Source: Eledone cirrhosa
Taxonomy: Eukaryota
Reading direction: 5' to 3'
NCBI GenBank assembly: GCA_964016885.1
Contig: OZ024762.1
Span: 13,082,001 to 13,146,000, forward strand
DNA: 64,000 bases
Part shown: positions 1 to 14,427 of the stretch, piece by piece
Layout: every line of letters starts with the position of its first letter
Position numbering within the stretch: position 1 is the stretch's first letter
Made by a program: the position numbers and the translations under genes
The notes under the pieces: generated by a model
Told to the model about the DNA's origin: nothing
Seen by the model: the letters and a program-made list of their open reading frames with translations, nothing else
Databases searched by the model: none

Positions 1-17
1 ATATATGTGTGTCTGTG

Positions 18-58
<41 letters not shown>

Positions 59-67
59 CTGTGTATT

Positions 68-127
<60 letters not shown>

Positions 128-832
128 TATATAAATATAAATACACAGACACACACACATATATATATATATATTTAGAGGGAGGGAGAGAGAGAAAGAA
201 AGACAGGGTAGAGAAAGGGGGAAGGTAGTGGTAGAAGTAGGAAAATGTGATGTACACCCCCTCCCCCCCTTCCATTTCCTCATCGCCCATTACATTTGCT
301 CATTCCTCACACATCTATCATAACACACTTCCTCTCCCTCACACACACACACACACACACTCACACACACACACACACACACTCACACATACACTCATAC
401 AGACACTCATACACACACACTCCTTTATAACTCCCTCTACCTCCCCTCACCACCACCTCCCCCCATACAAGGTGATACAATTTGAAATGGGTTTTAAGCT
501 ATGTTTCCTGTAACTACAATTGATTTTCTATATCAACGTCATCGTCATCGTCATCATCATCATCGTCGTCGTCCTCAGCATCAGCATCAACATTATCACC
601 ATCAAATCATCATCATCATCAACACTATCATCTCATCAGCAGCATCCTCATCACTATCATCATCGTCATTATCATGACCACCACCCTTATCACCATCATC
701 ATTATCACCACCACCACCACCACCACCACCACCATCACCAGCATCCTCACCATTACGATTATCACCATCATCATCACCATCACCACCATCATTATCACCA
801 TCATCCTCACCATCACCATTATCACCATAACT

Positions 833-863
<31 letters not shown>

Positions 864-954
864 CCATCACCACTATCATCATCAGTAACACCATCACGAT
901 CACCATCATATTCCTCATCATTATCGTCATAACCATCGTCGTCATCATCATAAT

Positions 955-1126
955 AATAATAGTTTCTGGTTTAGGCACAAGGCCAACAAATTTCGGAAAA
1001 AGGGAAAGTCGATTAAATCGACCCCAGTGCATTACTGGTACTTTATTTATCGACTCCGTAAGGATGAAAGGGCCAGCCTCGGCGGGATTTGGACTCAGAA
1101 GGTAAATGGCCGTAACTTTATGCTGA
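955..1126 (-). mobile_element. tRNA-derived SINE, family A (octopus-type; Meta-like central domain), near full length
   Basis: The reverse complement has a B-box-like gagtccaaatcccgccgagg, a central ctttcatccttacggagtcgataaataaagtaccag, a ggggtcgatttaatcgac hairpin and an (ATT)n tail. It is homologous to about 11 other copies in the window. Confidence 0.85.
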
Positions 1127-1244
1127 ACAATAATAATAATAATAGTCATCACAGTCGGGGTTCATATTATCACTAACACTATCATTATCGTATTCGACCT
1201 CGATTCCAGTCATTACAACCAACTTGTAAAAAAATCTGTTCTAG

Positions 1245-1350
1245 TTCTTCAGGTTTGGAGTACAAATCCCATCTTACTTGACTTTACCATTTTATCCTTC
1301 TTGGTTCCACTAACATATTCTACCAGTCACCATTGCTGTCTTTTCGAATA
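1245..1350 (+). mobile_element. Highly degenerate SINE family A fragment
   Basis: gagtacaaatccc...gactttaccattttatccttc...taccagt aligns loosely to the family A core. Confidence 0.45.
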
Positions 1351-1504
1351 TTCAGGTTTCCTAAATACATTTAAAAAATCCAGAATCCCATATTTATTCT
1401 TCAATTAAATCCGTGTACTATATGCGGTAGTGTTTCGAGTGTTTCTTGTTGTTAGTTGTTTATCATCTATAGCTTACAACTTCTGACAAAATGGGTTTTA
1501 TTGT

Positions 1505-1625
1505 ATGTATTCCGGCTCTTTACGTTCCGAGTTGAAATTCCGTCAAAGTCAACTCTGTCTTTCGTTCTTCGAAACACGGTAAAATTGTTATCAATTTTTC
1601 TCATCCTTTACGCCTAAATTACAAA
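1505..1625 (+). mobile_element. Degenerate SINE family A fragment
   Basis: ctctttacgttccgagttgaaattccgtcaaagtcaactctgtctttcgttctt matches the family A head and core. Confidence 0.55.
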
Positions 1626-1675
1626 TCAAAATATATACACAGACGTGATAGGATATATATATCCTATCTGTATGT

Positions 1676-1706
<31 letters not shown>

Positions 1707-1832
1707 AAAATGTAGGATACCTAAATAACTGTAAAAACAGTCGATCACTATAACTTAAAACATTGAAGACGGAATAAAATAACACGAGAGAAATAAATAA
1801 ATGGTAAGCAGTATCTAGATAATTTACGAAAA

Positions 1833-1907
<75 letters not shown>

Positions 1908-2021
1908 GTATGTATATATATATATATACATATACTCGTGTGAGAGTACAGCATGATAAATATAGTATTGTGATTCAGGGTATTAAGGTGTATACAGACG
2001 ACACAATATATATGCAGACGA

Positions 2022-2064
<43 letters not shown>

Positions 2065-2086
2065 ACTATATATATATATATATATG

Positions 2087-2152
<66 letters not shown>

Positions 2153-2209
2153 AGCTGATATCACATGAGAGATATATATGTATATATATATACATTTACA
2201 CACAACCAT

Positions 2210-2253
<44 letters not shown>

Positions 2254-2618
2254 GTGTGTGTATGTATACGCACACACGTTTTTATCTTTATATATACATG
2301 CTTTACAACGCTTGTGGTAGTAATTCTGATATTGTCAGATGGTGTCGGTAGTGGTGGTGGCGGTGTTGGTAACGATTGTGTTAGTGATGGGTGTGGTAGT
2401 AGTGGTATGTGGAGTGGTTGTGTATGTGGTGGTGGTGGCGGCGGGGAAGATGGTGGAATTAGAGAGGGGGGGGGGGAGGCGGTGTTGGTGCCGTAGGGAG
2501 AATCTTAAGAATTCATGACGTCACACACATCTGAAATTATAGAAATCAATGGAATAAGAAGAAATATATTTTATTTCTCTCTCTCCCTATCTCTCTCTCT
2601 CCATCTCTCTCTCTCTCA

Positions 2619-2649
<31 letters not shown>

Positions 2650-3199
2650 ACTATCTCTCTCTATCTCTCTCTTTCTTCCTCTTCCTCTCTCCCTATCTCT
2701 TTATCTCTCTCTCTTCCTCTCTCTCATTCTCACTCTCTCTTTCTCTCTCTTTCTCTCAGTATCTCTTTCTTCCTCTCCCTCTCTCCCTATCTCTTTATCT
2801 TTCTCTCTTCCTCTCCCTCTTTCTCCCTATCTCTCTCTCTTCCTCTCTCGCTATTTCTTTAACTCTCTCTCTCTCTTCATCTCTCATTATCTCTCTCTTC
2901 CTTGCTCACTATCTCTTTATCTCTCTTCCTCTCTCTCTCACACTATCTCTCCCTCTCTCACACTGTCTCTTTCTCTCTCTCACTGTCTCACTGTTACTCT
3001 ATCACTTTCCCCACCAGCACCACCACTTCCCTACATAGTTCGGTTCAAAAACAACGCATACATATACACACACGCTGACATATATATATATATATATATA
3101 TATACACAATATATATATATATATATACACAATATATATATATATATATATACACAATATATATATATATATATACACAATATATATATATATATATAC

Positions 3200-3276
<77 letters not shown>

Positions 3277-3416
3277 GCGTATACATATACACTTTCATAT
3301 ATATATAAATACATATACATATATATGCGCATACACATATACTCTCATTTATATATATATTTATATATATATATATGCACACACATACATACATATGCAC
3401 AAACATATAGACTTTC

Positions 3417-3449
<33 letters not shown>

Positions 3450-3492
3450 CACATATATACTCTCATATATATATATACATACATATATATAT

Positions 3493-3564
<72 letters not shown>

Positions 3565-3639
3565 TATATATATACATATATATATATATATGTGTAGATA
3601 TACATACACACACCTATATACATATATATGCAAACACAT

Positions 3640-3674
<35 letters not shown>

Positions 3675-3809
3675 CCACACACACACGTGTAAATTGATTT
3701 TTTAATGGGTCCTCAATAAATTGATATGTTTGACCCTTTGAAAGGGATCAACACTCTAAGTGCTATCTATAGCTCCACTGGTTTTAGCCCCCTTTAGTGA
3801 TTAATGTCA

Positions 3810-5200
3810 AGTGTGGTGGCGTGGTGTGGTGGTGTGGTGGTGTGTTGTGGCGGTGTGGTGGTGTGTTGTAGTGGCGTGGTTGCACGGTGGTATGGTGGTG
3901 TGTTGTGGTGTGGTGGTGTGGTGTTGTGGTGTGTGGTGGTGCGGTGTGGTGTGGTGTGTTGTGGTGTGTTGTGGTGGTGTGTTGCGGTGGTGTGTTGTGG
4001 TGATGTGGTTGCATGGTGGTGTGGTGTAGTTGTATGGTGGTGTGGTGGTGTGTTGTAGTGTGTCGGGGTAAGACAATTCAATCTGGCCCATATTGGTGTG
4101 GTGGCATGGTGGTGTGGTATGGTATGGTGGCATGATGGTGTGGCGTGGTGTGGTGCCGTTGTGTGTGGTGCGTAGTGTGTCGGTGTAAGACGAGTCAATC
4201 TGTTTTATATTGGTGTGGTGTCGTGGAGGCATGATAGTGTGGTGTGGTGGCATGGTGGTGTGGTGTGTTGGTATGGTGTAGCATGGTGGTGTGGTGTGGT
4301 GTGGTGGCATGGTGGTGTGGTGTGTTGGTATGGTGTAGCATGGTGGTGTGGTGTGGTATGGTGTAGCATGGTGGTGTGGTGTGTTGGTATGGGGTAGCAT
4401 GGTGTAGCATGGTGGTGTGGTGTATTGGTATGGTGTAGCATGGTCGTGTGGTGTGGTATGGTGTAGCATGGTGGTGTGGTGTATTGGTATGGTGTAGCAT
4501 GGTCGTGTGGTGTGGTATGGTGTAGCATGGTGGTGTGGTGTATTGGTATGGGGTAGCATGGTCGTGTGGTGTGGCGCTGTTTGTGGAGGTTGTTGACATC
4601 GTTGTTGTTGGTATCGTTGTGGAGGGAGTGGTGGTTGTGGTGGTGGTGCTGTTGTGGAGGTGGTGCTGATGTGGTGGTGGTGGTGTTGTGGTGGTGGTGC
4701 TGATGTGGTGGTGGTGCTGATGTGGTGGTGGTGGTGCTGATGTGGTGGTGGTGGTGCTGTTGTAGTGTTGATGCTGTGGTGGTGGTGCTGATGTGGTGGT
4801 GGTGCTGTTGTGGAGGGGGTGCTGTTGTGGAGGTGGTGCTGATGTGGTAGTGGTGCTGATGTGGTGGTGGTGGTGCTGTTGTGGTGCTGGTGCTGTGGTG
4901 GTGGTGGTGCTGACGTGGTGGTGGTGGTGCTGTTGTAGTGTTGATGCTGTGGTGGTGGTGGTGCTGATGTGGTGGTGGTGCTGTTGTATGTAGTGTTGGT
5001 GCTGTGGTGGTGGTGGTGCTGTTGTGGTGGTGGTGCTGTTGTGGTGGTGGTGCTGTGGTGGTGGTGGTGGTGCTGTTGTGGTGCTGGTGCTGATGTAGTG
5101 GTGGTGCTGTGGTAGTGTTGGTGCTGTTGTGGTGGTGGTGCTGTTGTGGTGTTGGTGCTGTTGTGGGGTCGGTATTGCTGCTGTTGTGGGTGTGTTGTTG
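3810..5200. repeat. GT-rich compound tandem repeat: (GGTGT)n/(GGT)n with higher-order ggtgtagcatggtggtgtggtgtgttggtat units
   Basis: Direct inspection; a ~31-bp unit recurs at 4240-4570. Confidence 0.9.
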
Positions 5201-5379
5201 TTCTTTGTTCTAGTTATTGCAATTGGTATGTGTGTATGTGTATGTGAGTACTAGTGTGTGTGAGTGTATGTTTATGTGAGTGAGTGTGTGTGTGTGTACT
5301 AGTGTGAAGGTATGAATTTGAAAGCACTTACCTATATATCACTAGTTTTACCGTCAGCTCTCACCTATAATACTACTAG

Positions 5380-5439
<60 letters not shown>

Positions 5440-5547
5440 CACTACCACTACCCCTACTACTACTACTACCACCACCACCACCACCACCACCATATATATA
5501 TATATACGAAATATTGTTAAGTCAGAGATACTTTTAATAGACTTATT

Positions 5548-5612
5548 GCATAATATATATTTCAATAAAATGGTTATGTCATTGAGAGTCTCCATGTGAC
5601 CTCATCAGATGC
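5548..5612 (-). ncRNA. Putative (partly decayed) minimal type I hammerhead ribozyme, Penelope/retrozyme type
   Basis: Minus strand: gcat-CTGATGA-ggtcacatgg...ccattttatt-GAA-ATATATAT-T-atgc. Stem I is 4 bp, stem II has 8/10 pairs, stem III is palindromic, and the triplet is AUU. Confidence 0.5.
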
Positions 5613-5696
5613 TCATACAATTATGAGGTGTAGTTATATATATTTAAATATATTCCTATACATATGAATATATATGTATATGAATATATAAGGAAC

Positions 5697-5860
5697 CATG
5701 GATTAGTAGTTAGAGTGTTCAGCTTGCAATTGAGAGCTTGTGAAATAGATTCTCATGGGCGACAGCTGGTCTTCCACAAACAAAAATTGCCCAGGCTTGT
5801 GCTTCTGGGTGAAAATTTCTAGGTGCAAAACCATTGTAATTCGTGACTGATGAGGGCCTA
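5697..5860 (+). mobile_element. tRNA-derived SINE (different family), internally deleted
   Basis: A-box-like atggattagtagttagagtg head, then ttgcccaggcttgtgc...ttctaggtgcaaaaccattgtaattcgtgac, a 3' part I recognise from octopus SINEs. Confidence 0.55.
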
Positions 5861-5866
5861 TCTCGC

Positions 5867-5898
<32 letters not shown>

Positions 5899-6039
5899 TC
5901 AGCCACTCACTCTCTCTCACACACACACACTCAGCCACTCACTCTCTCTCTCACACACACACTCAGCCACACACTCTCTCTCTCTCTCTCTCTCCTTCTC
6001 TCTCTCCCTCTCTCTCTCACACACACACTCAGCCAGTCA

Positions 6040-6073
<34 letters not shown>

Positions 6074-6204
6074 TTATGTATGAACAAATATATATATATT
6101 TATATATATATATTTATATAAATAAAGTATATGAATAAATATATATATATATATGAATACAAATATATATGAACAAATATATACATACATATATATATAT
6201 ATGT

Positions 6205-6256
<52 letters not shown>

Positions 6257-6260
<4 letters not shown>

Positions 6261-6444
6261 GTTTCTACTTTTTGGCACAAGGCCGGCAATTACCCGGTGT
6301 ATTACTGGTACTTTATTTTATCGACCTCATAAAGATGAAAGGCAAAGTTAACCTCGGCGGGATTTGAACTCAGTATGGCAAGGGACGTAACTCTATGCGT
6401 CAAAGCATGGCGACCGACCCTCTACCGATACTGCCAATCCACCG
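6257..6444 (-). mobile_element. SINE family A, internal-deletion subfamily
   Basis: ggcacaaggccggcaattacccggtgtattactggtactttattttatcgacc...gatttgaactcag...ctctaccgatactgccaatcc; embedded in (TA)n. Confidence 0.9.
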
Positions 6445-6449
6445 TATAA

Positions 6450-6488
<39 letters not shown>

Positions 6489-6615
6489 GATATATATATA
6501 TGTAATGATATATACATATGTATATAATGATATACATATATGTATATAATGATATATATATATATGTATATAATGATATATATAAGTTTATATATATATA
6601 TAAGTTTATATAAAT

Positions 6616-6648
<33 letters not shown>

Positions 6649-6649
<1 letters not shown>

Positions 6650-6833
6650 ATTGTCTCTACTTTAGGCACAAGGCCAGCAATTACCCAGTGCATTACTGGT
6701 ACTTTATTTTATCGACCCCGTAAGGATGAAAGGCAAAGTCAACCTCAGCGGGATTTGAACTCAGATCGTTAAGGGACGTAACTATGCTGGAAAGCATGGC
6801 GTCCGACCCTCTACCGATACTGCCAATCCACCG

Positions 6834-6835
<2 letters not shown>
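6649..6835 (-). mobile_element. SINE family A, internal-deletion subfamily
   Basis: Highly similar to 6257-6444 and separated from it by a ~200-bp TA-rich tract. Confidence 0.9.
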
Positions 6836-6898
<63 letters not shown>

Positions 6899-6962
6899 TA
6901 TATATATATATAATGATATATATATATGTGTATATATATATATATATATATAATGATATATA

Positions 6963-7070
<108 letters not shown>

Positions 7071-7585
7071 TATAGATACATATACATTATTATATATCAA
7101 TACCAGGTAAATATACATCAGCCTTACTTCAGGTAATATGGATGGAATGGCGAAAGTAATATATCAGCAAATTAAAATACCATAGAACATTTAATTCTAT
7201 TTAGCCCCCCCCCCCTTTTTCCTCTTCTACCATATACACCCTTTTCTCTTCTATTATGTAAGACCCTCCCACCACCAAATTCTACTATTTCCCATCATCC
7301 TCCAGTACCCCAAACCGAATTATTTCCGCCGAATTACATACAAGGTATTAGTTAAATATATAATTACTTATAAAATATTATATGATTTTGATATTTATAT
7401 ATATGTTTATATATACGTATGTGTGCGTGTGTATATATATGTATATGTCATTTATATATATGTTTATATATACGTATGTGTGTGTGTGTGTACATATATA
7501 TATATATATATATGCATATATATATGTTTATATAAATGTATATATATATGCACATATATATATATAATATATATATATATATATG

Positions 7586-7669
<84 letters not shown>

Positions 7670-7992
7670 TATATATATGTTTATATAAATGTATATTTAT
7701 ATATAATATATAATGTATATATGTATATTTATATATATGCACATATATATAATATATATATATATATGTTTATATAAATGTATATTTATATATATGCACA
7801 TATATAATATATATATATATATATATGTCTGTTGAGGTATAACTCCTTGTCAATCTATAGATCTATTTTTCAATGGGTCTCTCAGTCTCTCTTCCAATCT
7901 TTTCTATTTATGTCTGTCTTTTATACAATCACTTTTATATAACTACATAAAATGACAAATACGTTATCTGTAAGATAGCGAGTTCGTGCTTG

Positions 7993-8063
<71 letters not shown>

Positions 8064-8219
8064 TTACACGTATATATGGGGATTTACATAAATACTGAGA
8101 TATCTATGAGAAAGATAGATAGATAGTTACCTGGATAGATACATAGATATATAGATAGATAGAAAGATAGATAGATAGATAGATAGATACATATATACAT
8201 ATATACATGTAAACACACA

Positions 8220-8253
<34 letters not shown>

Positions 8254-8779
8254 CATATATACATGTAAACATATATATATATATATATATATATACATAG
8301 AGAGAGAGATAGATAGATAGAGAGATTGATAGATAGATAGACAGATAGATAGATAGATGGATGGATGGATTGATAGAGAGTAGGGCAATAGATATTGTGG
8401 GTTTATGTGTGTATGTGTCAGAGAGATAGAAAGAGAGGGATAGATAGATAGAGGGAGAGGGATATAAAAAGGGAGAGAGAGAGAGGGGGAGATAGAAAGG
8501 GAGAGAGAGCGGGGGTGGGTGGGGTTGGGGGGGGGGATGTATTCGTCTATTCAAAAGTCAGGAGAAGAAGATATAAAAAATCTGCCAAAGAACATGAATG
8601 GATTTTGAGAATCGACAGAAAGCTGAAAGTGGGCGGGAAATGAAAAAAGTACGGAAGGAGGGATAGGATATAAAAAAAATATTTCAGATGTAATGGGTGA
8701 CTGGGTGAGATAGGGCGTTGCGTGTATATGGGTGTTGGGTGGTTGGGGGTTAGTAAAGGAACGATGGATTGTATAGGGT

Positions 8780-10265
8780 GCTGTTGTTGTTGGTGGCGGT
8801 GGTGGTGGTGGTGGTGGCGGTGTTGGTGGCGGCGGTGTTGTTGTTGTTGGCGGCGGTGGTGTTGTTGTTGTTGGTGGCGGCGGCGGTGGTGGTGTTGGTG
8901 GCGGTGGTGGTGGTGTTGTTGTTGGTGGTGGCGGTGGTGTTGTTGTTGTTGTTGTTGGTGGCTGTGGTGGTGTTGTTGCTGGTGGTGGCAGCGGTGGTGG
9001 TGTTGTTGTTGGTCGCGGTGGTGTTGGTGGTGTTGTTGTTGGTGGTGGTGGCTGTGAGATTGGGTGGGGGTGTGTTGGTGCTTAGTAAGGGAAAGATGGA
9101 TTGTTTAGAGTGATGTAGGTGGTGTTGTTGGTCACGTTGTTGCTGGTGATGTTGTCGGTGGTATTGGTGATGCTGGTGGTGATGGTGGTGGTATTGGTGG
9201 TATTGGTGATGTTGGTGATGATGGTGGTGGTATTGGTGGTATTGGTGATGTTGGTGATGTTGGTGATGTTGGTGATGTTGTCGGTGGTATTGGTGGTATT
9301 GGTGATGTTGGTGATGTTGGTGATGTTGGTGATGTTGTCGGTGGTATTGGTGGTATTGGTGATGCTGGTGGTGATGGTGGTGGTATTGGTGATGCTGGTG
9401 GTGATGGTGGTGATGTTGTCGGTGGTATTGGTGGTATTGGTGATGCTGGTGGTGATGGTGGTGGTATTGGTGATGCTGGTGGTGATGGTGGTGGTATTGG
9501 TGATGCTGGTGGTGATGGTGGTGATGTTGTCGGTGGTATTGGTGATGCTGGTGGTGATGGTGGTGATGTTGTCGGTGGTATTGGTGGTATTGGTGATGCT
9601 GGTGGTGATGGTAGTGGTATTGGTGATGCTGGTGGTGATGGTGGTGATGTTGTCGGTGGTATTGGTGGTATTGGTGATGCTGGTGGTGATGGTGGTGGTA
9701 TTGATGATGCTGGTGGTGATGGTGGTGGTATTGGTGATGCTGGTGGTTAAGAGTTGGTGTTGCTGTCGTTGATGGTAGTGGTGGTAGTGGTACGGTGATG
9801 GTGATACTGATGGTAGTATTTGCAATAGTTTTGGTGGTGGTGGTGGCGTTGGTGATGGTGGTGGTGGTGTTGGTGGTGATGATGGTGGTAGTGTTGGTGG
9901 TGGTGATAGAGCCAGTGGTTGTTTTGGCGGTGGTGGTGGTGGCGTTGGTGTTGCTGTTGTTGTTGTTGGTGGTGGTGGGTGTTGTTACTGTTGTTGTTGC
10001 TGGTGGTAGAGCTAGTGGTGGTGGTGGTGGTGGTGGTGGTGGTGGTGTCACTGGTATTATAACAAGAGCCGGGAGGTGATGGGATGGTGGTGGTGATGGT
10101 GTGGTGCCAGTGGTGGTGGTGCTAGTAGTGGTGGTGGTAGTGGTGGTGGTGGTGGTGCCAGTGGTGGTGGTGATGGTGTGGTGCCAGTGGTGGTGGTAGT
10201 GGTGGTGGTAGTGGTGGTAGTGGTGGTGGTGGTGGTGGTGGTGGTGGTGGTGGTGGTGGTGGTGG
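8780..10265. repeat. (GGT/GAT/GTT)n cryptic trinucleotide repeat with higher-order units
   Basis: Recurring gtattggtgatgctggtggtgatg units; the ORFs here are low-complexity artefacts. Confidence 0.9.
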
Positions 10266-10910
10266 AGAAGGCTTGATGAAGGGGTATTGGATGGGGGTGG
10301 TAAACAACGTTAAAAACAAAAGACACGCGCTAGAGGGGGATGAGGGGGGCAGGTCGTGAGATGGAGGGTGGGGAAGAGGAGGAGGAGGGGGGAATGTTGT
10401 GTGAGGGGGGGCGAGGTGTGTGTGTAGAGAGAGGAAAGTATAGATGTGTGTGATGGTAAGATGATAAACTTGTATGTATGTGTGTATGTATGTAAGTCTG
10501 TATGTATGTGTGTGTGCATGTATGTAAGTCTGTATGTATGTTTATGTGTGCGTGTGTATGTATATGTGTATGTATGTATGTGTGTGTATGTATGTGAGTG
10601 TCTGTATGTGTGTGTGTATGTATGTGTATGCATGTGAGTGTCTGTATGGGTGTTTGATGGTAAGGGCAAAGGGTAGGATGATGGATAAATGTGTATGAGT
10701 ATGTATGTATGTGTATGTGCGTGTGTATATGAGTGTGTGTGTGTCTATCTGTATGCATGTCTGTGTGTGTATGTGTGCGTGTATGACTATGTATGTATGT
10801 GTATATGTGTGTGTATGCGTCTGTGTGTGTATGAGTATGTATGTATCTGTATGTGTATATATGTCTGTGTGCGTATGTGTGTGAGAAGTGGGGTGATGGT
10901 GGAGGGAGAA

Positions 10911-10970
<60 letters not shown>

Positions 10971-11164
10971 CACATAAGAAAAAAAGAGAGAAAAGTCTGT
11001 ACTTGTGTGTTGAGGGGTGCTGAAGAAACCGAAAGATTTATTTGTGTGTGTGTGTACATACGTGTGTGTGTATGTGTGTGTAAGTGTGTGTGTGTGTATG
11101 TGTATGTGTGTGTGTGTGTACATACGTGTGTGTGTATGTGTGTGTGTGTGCGTATGCGTGTGCG

Positions 11165-11231
<67 letters not shown>

Positions 11232-11242
11232 GTGTGTGTGCG

Positions 11243-11280
<38 letters not shown>

Positions 11281-11380
11281 TGTGTGTGTGTGTTGCTGTA
11301 AGGGGTTTAGAGAGATTTATGATTATGCCCTGTGCGGATATGTGGTGTGCGCATGATCTTATACACACACATACACACAC

Positions 11381-11442
<62 letters not shown>

Positions 11443-11509
11443 ACGATCGAAAAGAAAGAGTGAAAAAGGAAAGTGAAGACGAAAAAGAGAAGGAAGTGTT
11501 TAAGAGGCA

Positions 11510-11553
<44 letters not shown>

Positions 11554-11554
11554 C

Positions 11555-11621
<67 letters not shown>

Positions 11622-12193
11622 AACAGGTATGAAAAAAGTGAGGTTGGAAAAGTGAGCAATGGAAGAAGAAGAAGAAGAAGAAGAAGAAGAAGACTGAAGT
11701 GAAAAAAAGACACACAGACGTGAAGGGTGGGCGGGTACATAGAATAGAGAAACCGAAAGTAGAACACGTGACTCACACATGAGCAATATGGTAAGAGAAA
11801 GAGAGAGAGAAGGTGAGAGAGTGAAAGAGAGAGGGAGAGAATGAGAGAGAGTGAGAATGGGAGAGAGTGTGAGAGAGTGTGAGGGAGTGAGTGAGAGAGA
11901 GTGAGACAGAGAGAGAGAGAGTGAGACATAGAGAAAGAGAGAGTGATACATAGAGAGAGAGAGAGTGAGACATAGAGATAGTGGCAGAGAGAGAAAAAGG
12001 CAGAGAGTGAGAGAGAGAGAGAGTGAAGAAGAGACGGTGAGATGGTCTGATACATAGATAGATAGAGACAGTGAAAGAGAAGGAGAGAAAGTGAGATAGA
12101 GAGAAAGAGAGAAAGAGAGACAGAGATGAAGAGAAAGAGAGAGAGAGAGAGAGAGGAGAGAGAGATGACGAGAGAAAGGGAGAGAGAGATGAC

Positions 12194-12268
<75 letters not shown>

Positions 12269-12359
12269 ATGAACACAGACCATCCAGCGAAGATCTTGTA
12301 TTCTAAGTCTAAATGTATCTAGGGGTACAACATATTAAGTGTTTGACCCATTTTGTTTA

Positions 12360-12752
12360 AAGATGGTAGGACGTGACTTCAGTGAGATTTGGCTGCTATT
12401 TCTAGGAATTGTTCTCGTTATATAGTTACCGAGCTCCATGCTAACTCTGATCAGACATATTGTATTCCAGCCGTGACCATCATACATTAAGTATGTCATA
12501 GGTTAGCATTCCCTAAGATGTCTGTCTCATTCGTGGTTTCAGTGAGATTTGGCTGCTATTTCTAGCGGCTGCCATTGTTATTGATCAAAGATGTTTCGAC
12601 CTGTTCTAGCAGAACCTCTGAGTGCAGGCATTCCAGTCGTGGCCATCGCATCTATTTTACTATGTTCGGGAAAGGCAGGAAGAAGTTAAGAAATGGATGT
12701 CTTTACGGATGGTAGAAAATGATTTGAGGGAGTTTGGCTGATATTTCTAGTG
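12360..12752. repeat. Three degenerate tandem units (~160-185 bp) of an interspersed repeat
   Basis: gagatttggctgctatttctag at ~12383 and ~12544, with a variant at ~12730; cattccagycgtgrccatc recurs in two units. Confidence 0.7.
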
Positions 12753-13689
12753 AATCAAGTGACTATTTAGATGATCCAACATTGGTTCGTAGGTAAATAG
12801 CGACAATAGAGGGGGAGGGGGGGGGTTTAGCAGTGGTGATGATGGTGATGGCGATGGTGATGGTGGCGGTGATGACGATGGTGGTGATGACGATGGTGAT
12901 GGTGATGGTGATGGTGGTGGTGATGATGATGGTGATGGTGGTGGTGATGATGATGGTGATGATGGTGGTGGTGACGATGGTGGTGGTGGTGGTGATGACG
13001 ATGGTGGTGGTGATGACGATGATGATGGTGATGGTGGTGGTGATGGTGATGGTGGTGGTGATGGTGGTGGTGATGACGATGGTGATGGTGACGGTGACTG
13101 AGGATAATGGTGATGACGATGGTAATGATGATAATGTCGATGGTAGTGTTGATGATGATGATGATGATGATGACGACGATGATAATGGTGATGATGATGG
13201 TGATGATAGTGGTCGGGATGATGATGACGAAAACGATGACGCGGACGACAACGATGATGATGTTTATGATGATGATGGTGATGATAATGACGTTTATGAT
13301 GACGACGATGACACATAAACACAGAAGTACACGCACCCTCCTCATCCCCCACACCCCTCACCCCGACACACCCATACATTGATCCAATGCCCCTCCCCCC
13401 TACTTCACCCCCCACACACAAATATAACTTCTTCCCTTCCATCCAAAGCAACCCACACCAACTTTTCCCTTTAGTTCGTCAGCTCAACTCTTACTCACAA
13501 CATTAGATCACATTCTTGTTTTTTTCTACCTTTTATCTGGGTCATTTCCCTTGCTCATTCTGCTCCACCCCACCCCAACTTCTATACCAGAATCCCCCTT
13601 TTTTTATATTTTCATTTCCGCCATTATTATTATTATTATTATTATTATTGGTAGGGTGTCGTATGAAATGCCATTGTGGTATTTATTCT

Positions 13690-13815
13690 GGCACTTTACG
13701 TTCTGGGTTCATGCCCCGCCCCGCCTTGTAGAGGTCACCTTTGCCTTTTACACTTCCGAGGTCGATTAAACAAAGTACCAGTAACGTACTGGGGTCGATT
13801 TAATCAAATTTTCCC
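13690..13815 (+). mobile_element. SINE family A, 3'-truncated
   Basis: ctttacgttctgggttca...ctttgccttttacacttccgaggtcgattaaacaaagtaccagtaacgtactggggtcgatttaatc. Confidence 0.8.
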
Positions 13816-13881
13816 CATATATATATATATGTATATCACATAAGAAAGGGAGAATCAGTGGTGCTACGGATAAGATTTATT

Positions 13882-13978
13882 AGACATATTACAATCGTTT
13901 CTCCGGCGACCAACTTGAGGAACGATCGATGCAATGATCAAACCTGACTCTGAAATCGCAAGATCCTCAGATATGTCT
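13882..13978 (-). ncRNA. Minimal type I hammerhead ribozyme (Penelope/retrozyme type)
   Basis: Minus strand: agacatat-CTGAGGA-tcttgcga...tcgccgga-GAA-ACGATTGT-A-atatgtct. Stem I is a perfect 8 bp, the core is intact, the triplet is GUA, and aataaa follows. Confidence 0.75.
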
Positions 13979-14086
13979 CGATTCTACGAAGCAGAGTTTG
14001 GACGCTTTAAGCATCCCACACCAATTATATATATATATATATATATATATAATGTAAGATAAAAAGATGGTTAAAAGAGTTCCATG

Positions 14087-14157
14087 TATTTTATTATGCG
14101 CATTTCAAAAACAAATATCATCATGGGATAATATTTGCGTTCTCATCAGATAAAATA
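14087..14157 (-). ncRNA. Minimal type I hammerhead ribozyme (Penelope/retrozyme type)
   Basis: Minus strand: tattttat-CTGATGA-gaacgcaaat...atttgttttt-GAA-ATGCGCAT-A-ataaaata. Stem I is a perfect 8 bp, stem III is the perfect palindrome AUGCGCAU, and the triplet is AUA. Confidence 0.8.
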
Positions 14158-14324
14158 GGGAGACATGATATGAAGCTTAAAAAACACTTGCGAGCAGTGA
14201 AATGTTAAATCAACATATGAAAAATAAAGTAAGATGGATATATGAGATTGGGAAAAAAAAGGAGGAGCGGGGAAGGAAAAGGTAAGGAAGAGGAAGAAAG
14301 AAAATAAAGGATGACGGGGGAGGA

Positions 14325-14427
<103 letters not shown>

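Noticed and set aside
8750-10051. 433-aa His/Gln/Thr-rich ORF
   Set aside because: Translation of a (CAC/CAT/CAA)n array with overlapping ORFs in other frames and no complex coding sequence.
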